64,000 nucleotides of DNA from Eledone cirrhosa (Eukaryota), in contig OZ024742.1 of the NCBI GenBank assembly GCA_964016885.1, positions 372,372,001-372,436,000 of the forward strand, in the 5' to 3' direction. Shown one piece after another: positions 1 through 14,900 of the stretch. A program made the translations under genes and the position numbers. Numbering within the stretch: position 1 is the first letter of the stretch; every line of letters begins with the position of its first letter. The notes under the pieces were generated by a model. That model was not told the DNA's origin and made no database searches. It worked only from the letters and a program-made list of their open reading frames with translations.

Positions 1-2490
1 TCTATAAACTGTAAATCTCTTTCTATATAAACTGTAAATCTCATTCTATATAAACTGTAAATATCTTTCTATATGAACTGTAAGTCTCATTCTATATAAA
101 CTGTAAATCTATTTCTATATAAACTGTAAGTCTCATTCTATATAAACTGTAAATCTCATTCTATATAAACTGTAAATCTCATTCTATATAAACTGTAAAT
201 CTCATTCTATATAAACTGTAAATCTCTTTCTATATAAACTGTAAATCTCATTCTATATAAACTGTAAATCTCATTCTATATAAACTGTAATTCTCATTCT
301 ATATTAACTGTAAATCTCATTCTATAAACTGTAAATCTCTTTCTATATAAGCTGTAAATCTCATTCTATATAAACTGTAAATCTCATTCTATAAACTGTA
401 AATCTCATTCTATATAAACTGTAAATCTCATTCTATAAACTGTAAATCTCTTTCTATATAAACTGTAAATCTCATTCTATATAAACTGTAAATCTCATTC
501 TATAAAATGTAAATCTCTTTCCATATAAACTGTAAATCTCATTCTATATAAGCTGTAAATCTCATTCTATAAACTGTAAATCTCTTTCCATATAAACTGT
601 AAATCTCATTCTATATAAACTGTATATATCATTCTTTAAACTGTAAATCTCTTTCTATATAAACTGTAAATCTCATTCTATATAATCTGTATATATCATT
701 CTATAAACTGTAAATCTCATTCTATAAACCGTAAATATCTTTCTATATAAACTGTAAATCTCATTCTATATAAACTGTAAATCTCTTTCTATATAAACTG
801 TAAATCTCATTCTATATAAACTGTATATATCATTCTATAAACTGTAAATCTCATTGTATAAACTGTAAATCTCTTTCTATATAAACTGTAAATCTCATTC
901 TATATAAACTGTAAATATCTTTCTATATGAACTGTAAGTCTCATTCTATATAAACTGTAAATCTATTTCTATATAAACTGTAAGTCCCATTCTATATAAA
1001 CTGTAAATCTCATTCTATATAAACTGTAAATCTCATTCTATATAAACTGTAAATCTCATTCTATATAAACTGTAAATCACATTCTATAAACTGTAAATCT
1101 CTTTCTATATAAACTGTAAATCTCGTTCTATATAAGCTGTAAATCTCATTCTATAAACTGTAAATCTCATTCTATATAAGCTGTAAATCTCATTCTATAA
1201 ACTGTAAAACTATTTCTATATAAACTGTAAATCTCATTCTATATAATCTGTATATATCATTCTATAAACTGTAAATCTCATTCTATAAACTGTAAATCTC
1301 TTTCTATATAAACTGTAAATCTCTTTCTATATAAACTGTAAATCTCTTTCTATATAAACTGTAAATCTCATTCTATATAAATTGTATATATCATTCTATA
1401 AACTGTAAATCTCATTCTATAAACTGTAAATCTCTTTCTATATAAACTGTAAATCTCATTCTATATAAACTGTAAATATCTTTCTATATGAACTGTAAGT
1501 CTCATTCTATATAAACTGTAAATCTATTTCTATATAAACTGTAAGTCTCATTCTATATAAACTGTAAATCTCATTCTATATAAACTGTAAATCTCATTCT
1601 ATATAAACTGTAAATCTCATTCTATATAAACTGTAAATCTCTTTCTATATAAACTGTAAATCTCATTCTATATAAACTGTAAATCTCATTCTATATAAAC
1701 TGTAATTCTCATTCTATATTAACTGTAAATCTCATTCTATAAACTGTAAATCTCTTTCTATATAAGCTGTAAATCTCATTCTATATAAACTGTAAATCTC
1801 ATTCTATAAACTGTATATCTCATTCTATATAAACTGTAAATCTCATTCTATAAACTGTAAATCTCTTTCTATATAAACTGTAAATCTCATTCTATATAAA
1901 CTGTAAATCTCATTCTATAAAATGTAAATCTCTTTCCATATAAACTGTAAATCTCATTCTATATAAGCTGTAAATCTCATTCTATAAACTGTAAATCTCT
2001 TTCCATATAAACTGTAAATCTCATTCTATATAAACTGTATATATCATTCTTTAAACTGTAAATCTCTTTCTATATAAACTGTAAATCTCATTCTATATAA
2101 TCTGTATATATCATTCTATAAACTGTAAATCTCATTCTATAAACCGTAAATCTCTTTCTATATAAACTGTAAATCTCATTCTATATAAACTGTAAATCTC
2201 TTTCTATATAAACTGTAAATCTCATTCTATATAAACTGTATATATCACTCTATAAACTGTAAATCTCATTGTATAAACTGTAAATCTCTTTCTATATAAA
2301 CTGTAAATCTCATTCTATATAAACTGTAAATATCTTTCTATATGAACTGTAAGTCTCATTCTATATAAACTGTAAATCTCATTCTATATAAACTGTAAGT
2401 CCCATTCTATATAAACTGTAAATCTCATTCTATATAAACTGTAAATCTCATTCTATATAAACTGTAAATCTCATTCTATATAAACTGTAA
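1..2490. repeat. Tandem higher-order duplication, period 1415 bp (about 1.75 copies visible)
   Basis: Rare markers recur at an offset of 1415: gtaaatatc..tatgaac..gtaagt 57/1472 and 911/2326; aatgt 506/1921; attcttta 631/2046; cc-gtaaa 731/2146; cccatt 986/2401. Confidence 0.9.
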
Positions 2491-2949
2491 ATCTCTTTCT
2501 ATATAAACTGTAAATCTCATTCTATATAAACTGTAAATCTCATTCTATATAAACTGTAATTCTCATTCTATATTAAGTGTAAATTTCATTCTATAAACTG
2601 AAAATCTCTTTCTATATAAATTTTAAATCTCATTCTATATAAACTGTAAATCTCATTCTATAAACTGTAAATCTCTTTCTATATAAACTGTAAATCTCAT
2701 TCTATATAAGCTGTAAATCTCATTCTATAAACTGTAAATCTCTTTCTATATAAACTGTAAATCTCATTCTATATAAACTCTATATATCATTCTATAAGCT
2801 GTAACTCTCAGTCTATAAACTGTAAATCTCTTTCTATATAAACTGTAAATCTCTTTCTATATGAACTGTAAATCTCTTTCTATATAAACTGTGAATCTCA
2901 TTCTATATAAGCTGTAAATCTCATTCTATGAACTGTAAATCTCTTTCTA

Positions 2950-5900
2950 TATAAACTGTAAATCTCATTCTATATAAACTGTAAATCTCATTCTATAAAC
3001 TGTAAATCTCTTTCCATATAAACTGTAAATCTCATTCTATATAAACTGTAAATCTCTTTCTATATAAACTGTAAATCTCATTCTATATAAACTGTAAATC
3101 TCTTTCTATATAAACTGTAAGTCTCATTCTATATAAACTGTGAATCTCATTCTATAAACTGTAAATCTCTTTCTATATAAACTGTAAATATCATTCTATA
3201 TACACTGTAAATCTCTTTCTATATAAACTGTAAATCTCATTCTATATAAACTGTAAATCACATTCTATAAACTGTAAATCTCTTTCTATATAAACTGTAA
3301 ATCTCGTTCTATATAAGCTGTAAATCTCATTCTATAAACTGTAAATCTCTTTCTACATAAACTGTAAATCTCATTCTATATAAACTGTATATATCATTCT
3401 ATAAACTGTAAATCTCATTCTATAAACTGTAAATCTTTCTATATAAACTGTAAATCTCATTCTATATAAACTGTAAATCTCTTTCTATATGAAATGTAAA
3501 TCTCATTCTATATAAATTGTAAATCTCATTCTATAAACTGTGAATCTCATTCTATATAAACTGTAAATATCTTTCTATATGAACTGTAAATCTCATTCTA
3601 TATAAACTGTAAATCTATTTCTATATAATCTGTAAATCTCATTCTATATAAACTGTAAATCTCATTCTATATAAACTTTAAATCTCATTCTATATAAACT
3701 GTAAATCTCTTTCTATATAAACTGTAAATCTCATTCTATATAAACTGTGAATCTCATTCTATATAAACTGTAATTCTCATTCTATATTAACTGTAAATCT
3801 CATTCTATAAACTGTAAATCTCTTTCTATATAAGCTGTAAATCTCATTCTATATAAACTGTAAATCTCATTCTATAAACTGTAAATCTCATTCTATATAA
3901 ACTGTAAATCTCATTCTATAAACTGTAAATCTCTTTCTATATAAACTGTAAATCTCTTTCTATATAAACTGTAAATCTCATTCTATATAATCTGTAAATC
4001 TCATTCTATAAACTGTAAATCTCATTCTATATAAACTGTAAATCTCTTTCTATATAAACTGTAAATCTCATTCTATATAAACTGTAAATCTCATTCTATA
4101 AACTGTAAATCTCTTTCTATATAAACTGTAAATCTCATTCTATATAAGCTGTAAATCTCATACTATAAACTGTAAATCTCTTTCTATATAAACTGTAAAT
4201 CTCATTCTATATAAACTGTATATATCATTCTATAAACTGTAACTCTCAGTCTATAAACTGTAAATCTCGTTCTATATAAACTGTAAATCTCTTTCTATAT
4301 GAACTGTAAATCTCTTTCTATATAAACTCTGAATCTCCTTCTATATAAGCTGTAAATCTCATTCTATGAACTGTAAATCTCTTTCTATATAAACTGTAAA
4401 TCTCATTCTATATAAACTGTAAATCTCATTCTATAAACTGTAAATCTCTTTCTATATAAACTGTAAATCTCATTCTATATAAACTGTAAATCTCTTTCTA
4501 TATAAACTGTAAATTTCATTCTATAAACTGTAAATCTCTTTCTATATAAACTGGAAATCTCATTCTATATAAACTGTAAATCTCCTTCTATATAAACTGT
4601 AAATCTCATTCTATATAAACTGTGAATCTCATTCTAGAAACTGTAAATCTCTTTCTATATAAACTGTAAATATCATTCTATATACACTGTAAATCTCTTT
4701 CTATATAAACTGTAAATCTCATTCTATATAAACTGTAAATCTCATTCTATAAACTGTAAATCTCTTTCTATATAAACTGTAAATCTCGTTCTATATAAGC
4801 TGTAAATCTCATTATATAAACTGTAAATCTCTTTCTATATAAACTGTAAATCTCATTCTATATAAACTGTATATATCATTCTATAAACTGTAAATCTCAT
4901 TCTATAAACTGTAAATCTCTTTCTATATAAACTGTAAATCTCATTCTATATAAACTGTAAATCTCTTTCTATATGAACTGTAAATCTCATTCTATATAAA
5001 TTGTAAATCTCATTCTATAAACTGTGAATCGCATTCTAAAATAAACTGTAAATCTCGTTCTATATAAGCTGTAAATTTCATTCTATAAACTGTAAATCTC
5101 TTTCTATATAAACTGTAAATCTCATTCTATATAAACTGTAAATCTCTTTCTATATAAACTGTAAATCTCATTCTATATAAACTGTAAATCTCATTCTATA
5201 AACTGTAAATCTCTTTCTATATAAACTGTAAATCTCGTTCTATATAAGCAGTAAATCTCATTCTATAAACTGTAAATCTCTTTCTATATAAACTGTAAAT
5301 CTCATTCTATATAAACTGTAAATCTCTTTCTATATAAACTGTAAATTTCATTCTATAAACTGTAAATCTCTTTCTATATAAACTGTAAATCTCATTCTAT
5401 ATAAACTGTAAATCTCTTTCTATATAAACTGTAAATCTCGTTCTATATAAGCTGTAAATCGCATTCTATAAACTGTAAATCTCATTCTATATAAACTGTA
5501 AATCTCATTCTATGAACTGTAAATCTCTTTCTATATAAACTGTAAATCTCATTCTATATAATCTGTAAATATCATTCTATAAACTGTAAATCTCATTCTA
5601 TATAAACTGTAAATCTCTTTCTATATAAACTGTAAATCTCATTCTATATAAACTGTTAATCTCATTCTATAAACTGTAAATCTCTTTCTATATAAACTGT
5701 AAATCTCATTCTATATAAGCTGTAAATCTCATTCTATAAACTGTAAATCTCTTTCTATATAAACTGTAAATCTCATTCTATATAAACTGTATATATCATT
5801 CTATAAACTGTAACTCTCAGTCTATAAACTGTAAATCTCGTTCTATATAAACTGTAAATCTCTTTCTATATGAACTGTAAATCTCTTTCTATATAAACTC

Positions 5901-8900
5901 TGAATCTCATTCTATATAAGCTGTAAATCTCATTCTATGAACTGTAAATCTCTTTCTATATAAACTGTAAATCTCATTCTATATAAACTGTAAATCTCAT
6001 TCTATATAAACTGTAAATTTCATTCTATAAACTGTAAATTTCTTTCTATATAAACTGTAAATATCATTCTATATACACTGTAAATCTCTTTCTATATAAC
6101 CTGTAAATCTCATTCTATATAAACTGTAAATCTCATTCTATAAACTGTAAATCTCTTTCTATATAAACTGTAAATCTCGTTCTATATAAGCTGTAAATCT
6201 CATTCTATAGACTGTAAATCTCTTTCTATATAAACTGTAAATCTCATTCTATATAAACTGTATATATCATTCTATAAACTGTAAATCTCATTCTATAAAC
6301 TGTAAATCTCTTTCTATATAAACTGTAAGTCTCATTCTATATAAACTGTAAATCTCTTTCTATATGAACTGTAAATCTCATTCTATATAAACTGTAAATC
6401 TCATTCTATAAACTGAATCTCATTCTATATAAACTGTAAATCTCATTCTATAAACTGTAAATCTCTTTCTATATAAGCTGTAAATCTCATTCTATATAAA
6501 CTGTAAATCTCATTCTATAAACTGTAAGTCTCATTCTATATAAACTGTAAATCTCATTCTATAAACTGTAAATCTCTTTCTATATAAACTGTAAATCTCT
6601 TTCTATATGAACTGTAAATCTCATTCTATATAAACTGTAAATCTCATTCTATAAACTGAATCTCATTCTATATAAACTGTAAATCTCATTCTATAAACTG
6701 TAAATCTCTTTCTATATAAGCTGTAAATCTCATTCTATATAAACTGTAAATCTCATTCTATAAACTGTAAGTCTCATTCTATATAAACTGTAAATCTCAT
6801 TCTATAAACTGTAAATCTCATTCTATATAAACTGTAAATCTCATTCTATAAACTGTAAATCTATTTCTATATAAACTGTAAATCTCGTTCTATATAAGCT
6901 GTAAATCTCATTCTATAAACTGTAAATCTGTTTCTATATAAACTGTAAATCTCATTCTATATAAACTGTATATATCATTCTATAAACTGTAAATCTCATT
7001 CTATAAACTGTAAATCTCTTTCTATATAAACTGTAAATCTCATTCTATATAAACCGTAAATCTCTTTCTATATAAACTGTAAATCTCATTCTATATAAAT
7101 TGTAAATCTCATTCTATAAACTGTGAATCGCATTCTAAAATAAACTGTAAATCTCGTTCTATATAAGCTGTAAATCTCATTCTATAAACTGTAAATCTCT
7201 TTCTATATAAACTGTAAATCTCATTCTATATAAACTATAAATCTCTTTCTATATAAACTGTAAATTTCATTCTATAAACTGTAAATCTCTTTCTATATAA
7301 ACTGTAAATCTCATTCTATATAAACTGTAAATCTCTTTCTATATAAACTGTAAATTTCATTCTATAAACTGTAAATCTCTTTCTATATAAACTGTAAATC
7401 TCATTCTATATAAACTGTAAATCTCTTTCTATATAAACTGTCAATCTCGTTCTATATAAGCTGTAAATCTCATTCTATAAACTGTAAATCTCATTCTATA
7501 TAAACTGTAAATCTCATTCTATATAAACTTTAAATCTCATTCTATATAAACTGTAAATCTCTTTCTATATAAACTGTAAATCTCATTCTATATAAACTGT
7601 GAATCTCATTCTATATAAACTGTAATTCTCATTCTATATTAACTGTAAATCTCATTCTATAAACTGTAAATCTCTTTCTATATAAGCTGTAAATCTCATT
7701 CTATATAAACTGTAAATCTCATTCTATAAACTGTAAATCTCATTCTATATAAACTGTAAATCTCATTCTATAAACTGTAAATCTCTTTCTATATAAACTG
7801 TAAATCTCTTTCTATATAAACTGTAAATCTCATTCTATATAATCTGTAAATCTCATTCTATAAACTGTAAATCTCATTCTATATAAACTGTACATCTCTT
7901 TCTATATAAACTGTAAATCTCATTCTATATAAACTGTAAATCTCATTCTATAAACTGTAAATCTCTTTCTATATAAACTGTAAATCTCATTCTATATAAG
8001 CTGTAAATCTCATACTATAAACTGTAAATCTCTTTCTATATAAACTGTAAATCTCATTCTATATAAACTGTATATATCATTCTATAAACTGTAACTCTCA
8101 GTCTATAAACTGTAAATCTCGTTCTATATAAACTGTAAATCTCTTTCTATATGAACTGTAAATCTCTTTCTATATAAACTCTGAATCTCATTCTATATAA
8201 GCTGTAAATCTCATTCTATGAACTGTAAATCTCTTTCTATATAAACTGTAAATCTCATTCTATATAAACTGTAAATCTCATTCTATAAACTGTAAATCTC
8301 TTTCTATATAAACTGTAAATCTCATTCTATATAAACTGTAAATCTCTTTCTATATAAACTGTAAATTTCATTCTATAAACTGTAAATCTCTTTCTATATA
8401 AACTGGAAATCTCATTCTATATAAACTGTAAATCTCCTTCTATATAAACTGTAAATCTCATTCTATATAAACTGTGAATCTCATTCTAGAAACTGTAAAT
8501 ATCATTCTATATACACTGTAAATCTCTTTCTATATAAACTGTAAATCTCATTCTATATAAACTGTAAATCTCATTCTATAAACTGTAAATCTCTTTCTAT
8601 ATAAACTGTAAATCTCGTTCTATATAAGCTGTAAATCTCATTCTATAAACTGTAAATCTCTTTCTATATAAACTGTAAATCTCATTCTATATAAACTGTA
8701 TATATCATTCTATAAACTGTAAATCTCATTCTATAAACTGTAAATCTCTTTCTATATAAACTGTAAATCTCATTCTATATAAACTGTAAATCTCTTTCTA
8801 TATGAACTGTAAATCTCATTCTATATAAGTTGTAAATCTCATTCTATAAACTGTGAATCGCATTCTAAAATAAACTGTAAATCTCGTTCTATATAAGCTG

Positions 8901-11900
8901 TAAATCTCATTCTATATAAACTATAAATCTCTTTCTATATAAACTGTAAATTTCATTCTATAAACTGTAAATCTCTTTCTATATAAACTGTAAATCTCAT
9001 TCTATATAAACTGTAAATCTCTTTCTATATAAACTGTAAATCTCATTCTATATAAACTGTAAATCTCATTCTATAAACTGTAAATCTCTTTCTATATAAA
9101 CTGTAAATCTCATTCTATATAAACTATAAATCTCTTTCTATATAAACTGTAAATTTCATTCTATAAACTGTAAATCTCATTCTATATAAACTGTAAATCT
9201 CTTTCTATATAAACTGTAAATCTCATTCTATATAAACTGTAAATCTCATTCTATAAACTGTAAATCTCTTTCCATATAAACTGTAAATCTCATTCTATAT
9301 AAACTGTAAATCTCTTTCTATATAAACTGTAAATCTCATTCTATATAAACTGTAAATCTCTTTCTATATAAACTGTAAGTCTCATTCTATATAAACTGTG
9401 AATCTCATTCTATAAACTGTAAATCTCTTTCTATATAAACTGTAAATATCATTCTATATACACTGTAAATCTCTTTCTATATAAACTGTAAATCTCTTTC
9501 TATATAAACTGTAAATCTCGTTCTATATAAGCTGTAAATCTCATTCTATAAACTGTAAATCTCTTTCTACATAAACTGTAAATCTCATTCTATATAAACT
9601 GTATATATCATTCTATAAACTGTAAATCTCATTCTATAAACTGTAAATCTTTCTATATAAACTGTAAATCTCATTCTATATAAACTGTAAATCTCTTTCT
9701 ATATGAAATGTAAATCTCATTCTATATAAATTGTAAATCTCATTCTATAAACTGTGAATCTCATTCTATATAAACTGTAAATATCTTTCTATATGAACTG
9801 TAAATCTCATTCTATATAAACTGTAAATCTATTTCTATATAATCTGTAAATCTCATTCTATATAAACTGTAAATCTCATTCTATATAAACTTTAAATCTC
9901 ATTCTATATAAACTGTAAATCTCTTTCTATATAAACTGTAAATCTCATTCTATATAAACTGTGAATCTCATTCTATATAAACTGTAATTCTCATTCTATA
10001 TTAACTGTAAATCTCATTCTATAAACTGTAAATCTCTTTCTATATAAGCTGTAAATCTCATTCTATATAAACTGTAAATCTCATTCTATAAACTGTAAAT
10101 CTCATTCTATATAAACTGTAAATCTCATTCTATAAACTGTAAATCTCTTTCTATATAAACTGTAAATCTCTTTCTATATAAACTGTAAATCTCATTCTAT
10201 ATAATCTGTAAATCTCATTCTATAAACTGTAAATCTCATTCTATATAAACTGTAAATCTCTTTCTATATAAACTGTAAATCTCATTCTATATAAACTGTA
10301 AATCTCATTCTATAAACTGTAAATCTCTTTCTATATAAACTGTAAATCTCATTCTATAAACTGTAAATCTCTTTCTATATAAACTGTAAATCTCATTCTA
10401 TATAAGCTGTAAATCTCATACTATAAACTGTAAATCTCTTTCTATATAAACTGTAAATCTCATTCTATATAAACTGTATATATCATTCTATAAACTGTAA
10501 CTCTCAGTCTATAAACTGTAAATCTCGTTCTATATAAACTGTAAATCTCTTTCTATATGAACTGTAAATCTCTTTCTATATAAACTCTGAATCTCATTCT
10601 ATATAAGCTGTAAATCTCATTCTATGAACTGTAAATCTCTTTCTATATAAACTGTAAATCTCATTCTATATAAACTGTAAATCTCATTCTATAAACTGTA
10701 AATCTCTTTCTATATAAACTGTAAATCTCATTCTATATAAACTGTAAATCTCTTTCTATATAAACTGTAAATTTCATTCTATAAACTGTAAATCTCTTTC
10801 TATATAAACTGGAAATCTCATTCTATATAAACTGTAAATCTCCTTCTATATAAACTGTAAATCTCATTCTATATAAACTGTGAATCTCATTCTAGAAACT
10901 GTAAATCTCTTTCTATATAAACTGTAAATATCATTCTATATACACTGTAAATCTCTTTCTATATAAACTGTAAATCTCATTCTATATAAACTGTAAATCT
11001 CATTCTATAAACTGTAAATCTCTTTCTATATAAACTGTAAATCTCGTTCTATATAAGCTGTAAATCTCATTATATAAACTGTAAATCTCTTTCTATATAA
11101 ACTGTAAATCTCATTCTATATAAACTGTATATATCATTCTATAAACTGTAAATCTCATTCTATAAACTGTAAATCTCTTTCTATATAAACTGTAAATCTC
11201 ATTCTATATAAACTGTAAATCTCTTTCTATATGAACTGTAAATCTCATTCTATATAAATTGTAAATCTCATTCTATAAACTGTGAATCGCATTCTAAAAT
11301 AAACTGTAAATCTCGTTCTATATAAGCTGTAAATTTCATTCTATAAACTGTAAATCTCTTTCTATATAAACTGTAAATCTCATTCTATATAAACTGTAAA
11401 TCTCTTTCTATATAAACTGTAAATCTCATTCTATATAAACTGTAAATCTCATTCTATAAACTGTAAATCTCTTTCTATATAAACTGTAAATCTCGTTCTA
11501 TATAAGCAGTAAATCTCATTCTATAAACTGTAAATCTCTTTCTATATAAACTGTAAATCTCATTCTATATAAACTGTAAATCTCTTTCTATATAAACTGT
11601 AAATTTCATTCTATAAACTGTAAATCTCTTTCTATATAAACTGTAAATCTCATTCTATATAAACTGTAAATCTCTTTCTATATAAACTGTAAATCTCGTT
11701 CTATATAAGCTGTAAATCGCATTCTATAAACTGTAAATCTCATTCTATATAAACTGTAAATCTCATTCTATGAACTGTAAATCTCTTTCTATATAAACTG
11801 TAAATCTCATTCTATATAATCTGTAAATATCATTCTATAAACTGTAAATCTCATTCTATATAAACTGTAAATCTCTTTCTATATAAACTGTAAATCTCAT

Positions 11901-14900
11901 TCTATATAAACTGTTAATCTCATTCTATAAACTGTAAATCTCTTTCTATATAAACTGTAAATCTCATTCTATATAAGCTGTAAATCTCATTCTATAAACT
12001 GTAAATCTCTTTCTATATAAACTGTAAATCTCATTCTATATAAACTGTATATATCATTCTATAAACTGTAACTCTCAGTCTATAAACTGTAAATCTCGTT
12101 CTATATAAACTGTAAATCTCTTTCTATATGAACTGTAAATCTCTTTCTATATAAACTCTGAATCTCATTCTATATAAGCTGTAAATCTCATTCTATGAAC
12201 TGTAAATCTCTTTCTATATAAACTGTAAATCTCATTCTATATAAACTGTAAATCTCATTCTATATAAACTGTAAATTTCATTCTATAAACTGTAAATCTC
12301 TTTCTATATAAACTGTAAATATCATTCTATATACACTGTAAATCTCTTTCTATATAACCTGTAAATCTCATTCTATATAAACTGTAAATCTCATTCTATA
12401 AACTGTAAATCTCTTTCTATATAAACTGTAAATCTCGTTCTATATAAGCTGTAAATCTCATTCTATAGACTGTAAATCTCTTTCTATATAAACTGTAAAT
12501 CTCATTCTATATAAACTGTATATATCATTCTATAAACTGTAAATCTCATTCTATAAACTGTAAATCTCTTTCTATATAAACTGTAAGTCTCATTCTATAT
12601 AAACTGTAAATCTCTTTCTATATGAACTGTAAATCTCATTCTATATAAACTGTAAATCTCATTCTATAAACTGAATCTCATTCTATATAAACTGTAAATC
12701 TCATTCTATAAACTGTAAATCTCTTTCTATATAAGCTGTAAATCTCATTCTATATAAACTGTAAATCTCATTCTATAAACTGTAAGTCTCATTCTATATA
12801 AACTGTAAATCTCATTCTATAAACTGTAAATCTCTTTCTATATAAACTGTAAATCTCATTCTATATAATCTGTAAATCTCATTCTATAAACTGTAAATCT
12901 CATTCTATATAAACTGTAAATCTCTTTCTATATTAACTGTAAATCTCATTCTATATAAACTGTAAATCTCATTCTATAAACTGTAAATCTCTTTCTATAT
13001 AAACTGTAAATCTCATTCTATATAAGCTGTAAATCTCATACTATAAACTGTAAATCTCCTTCTATATAAACTGTAAATCTCATTCTATATAAACTGTAAA
13101 TCTCTTTCTATATAAACTGTAAATCTCATTCTATATAAACTGTGAATCTCATTCTATAAACTGTAAATCTCTTTCTATATAAACTGTAAATATCATTCTA
13201 TATACACTGTAAATCTCTTTCTATATAAACTGTAAATCTCATTCTATATAAACTGTAAATCTCATTCTATAAACTGTAAATCTATTTCTATATAAACTGT
13301 AAATCTCGTTCTATATAAGCTGTAAATCTCATTCTATAAACTGTAAATCTGTTTCTATATAAACTGTAAATCTAATTCTATATAAACTGTATATATCATT
13401 CTATAAACTGTAAATCTCATTCTATAAACTGTAAATCTCTTTCTATATAAACTGTAAATCTCATTCTATATAAACTGTAAATCTCTTTCTATATAAACTG
13501 TAAATCTCATTCTATATAAATTGTAAATCTCATTCTATAAACTGTGAATCGCATTCTAAAATAAACTGTAAATCTCGTTCTATATAAGCTGTAAATCTCA
13601 TTCTATAAACTGTAAATCTCTTTCTATATAAACTGTAAATCTCATTCTATATAAACTATAAATCTCTTTCTATATAAACTGTAAATTTCATTCTATAAAC
13701 TGTAAATCTCTTTCTATATAAACTGTAAATCTCATTCTATATAAACTGTAAATCTCTTTCTATATAAACTGTAAATTTCATTCTATAAACTGTAAATCTC
13801 TTTCTATATAAACTGTAAATCTCATTCTATATAAACTGTAAATCTCTTTCTATATAAACTGTCAATCTCGTTCTATATAAGCTGTAAATCTCATTCTATA
13901 AACTGTAAATCTCATTCTATATAAACTGTAAATCTCATTCTATATAAACTTTAAATCTCATTCTATATAAACTGTAAATCTCTTTCTATATAAACTGTAA
14001 ATCTCATTCTATATAAACTGTGAATCTCATTCTATATAAACTGTAATTCTCATTCTATATTAACTGTAAATCTCATTCTATAAACTGTAAATCTCTTTCT
14101 ATATAAGCTGTAAATCTCATTCTATATAAACTGTAAATCTCATTCTATAAACTGTAAATCTCATTCTATATAAACTGTAAATCTCATTCTATAAACTGTA
14201 AATCTCTTTCTATATAAACTGTAAATCTCTTTCTATATAAACTGTAAATCTCATTCTATATAATCTGTAAATCTCATTCTATAAACTGTAAATCTCATTC
14301 TATATATACTATACATCTCTTTCTATATAAACTGTAAATCTCATTCTATATAAACTGTAAATCTCATTCTATAAACTGTAAATCTCTTTCTATATAAACT
14401 GTAAATCTCATTCTATATAAGCTGTAAATCTCATACTATAAACTGTAAATCTCTTTCTATATAAACTGTAAATCTCATTCTATATAAACTGTATATATCA
14501 TTCTATAAACTGTAACTCTCAGTCTATAAACTGTAAATCTCGTTCTATATAAACTGTAAATCTCTTTCTATATGAACTGTAAATCTCTTTCTATATAAAC
14601 TCTGAATCTCATTCTATATAAGCTGTAAATCTCATTCTATGAACTGTAAATCTCTTTCTATATAAACTGTAAATCTCATTCTATATAAACTGTAAATCTC
14701 ATTCTATAAACTGTAAATCTCTTTCTATATAAACTGTAAATCTCATTCTATATAAACTGTAAATCTCTTTCTATATAAACTGTAAATTTCATTCTATAAA
14801 CTGTAAATCTCTTTCTATATAAACTGGAAATCTCATTCTATATAAACTGTAAATCTCCTTCTATATAAACTGTAAATCTCATTCTATATAAACTGTGAAT

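Noticed and set aside
76-135. Splice signals (GTAAGT donors on plus, TTTACAG acceptors on minus)
   Set aside because: These are short motifs on opposite strands with no exon context, and are by-products of the monomer sequence.
4621-4640. Heat-shock element in the TTCTAGAA variant
   Set aside because: Only two in-register nGAAn units are present and the upstream GAA is out of phase. It is a single substitution spread by duplication.
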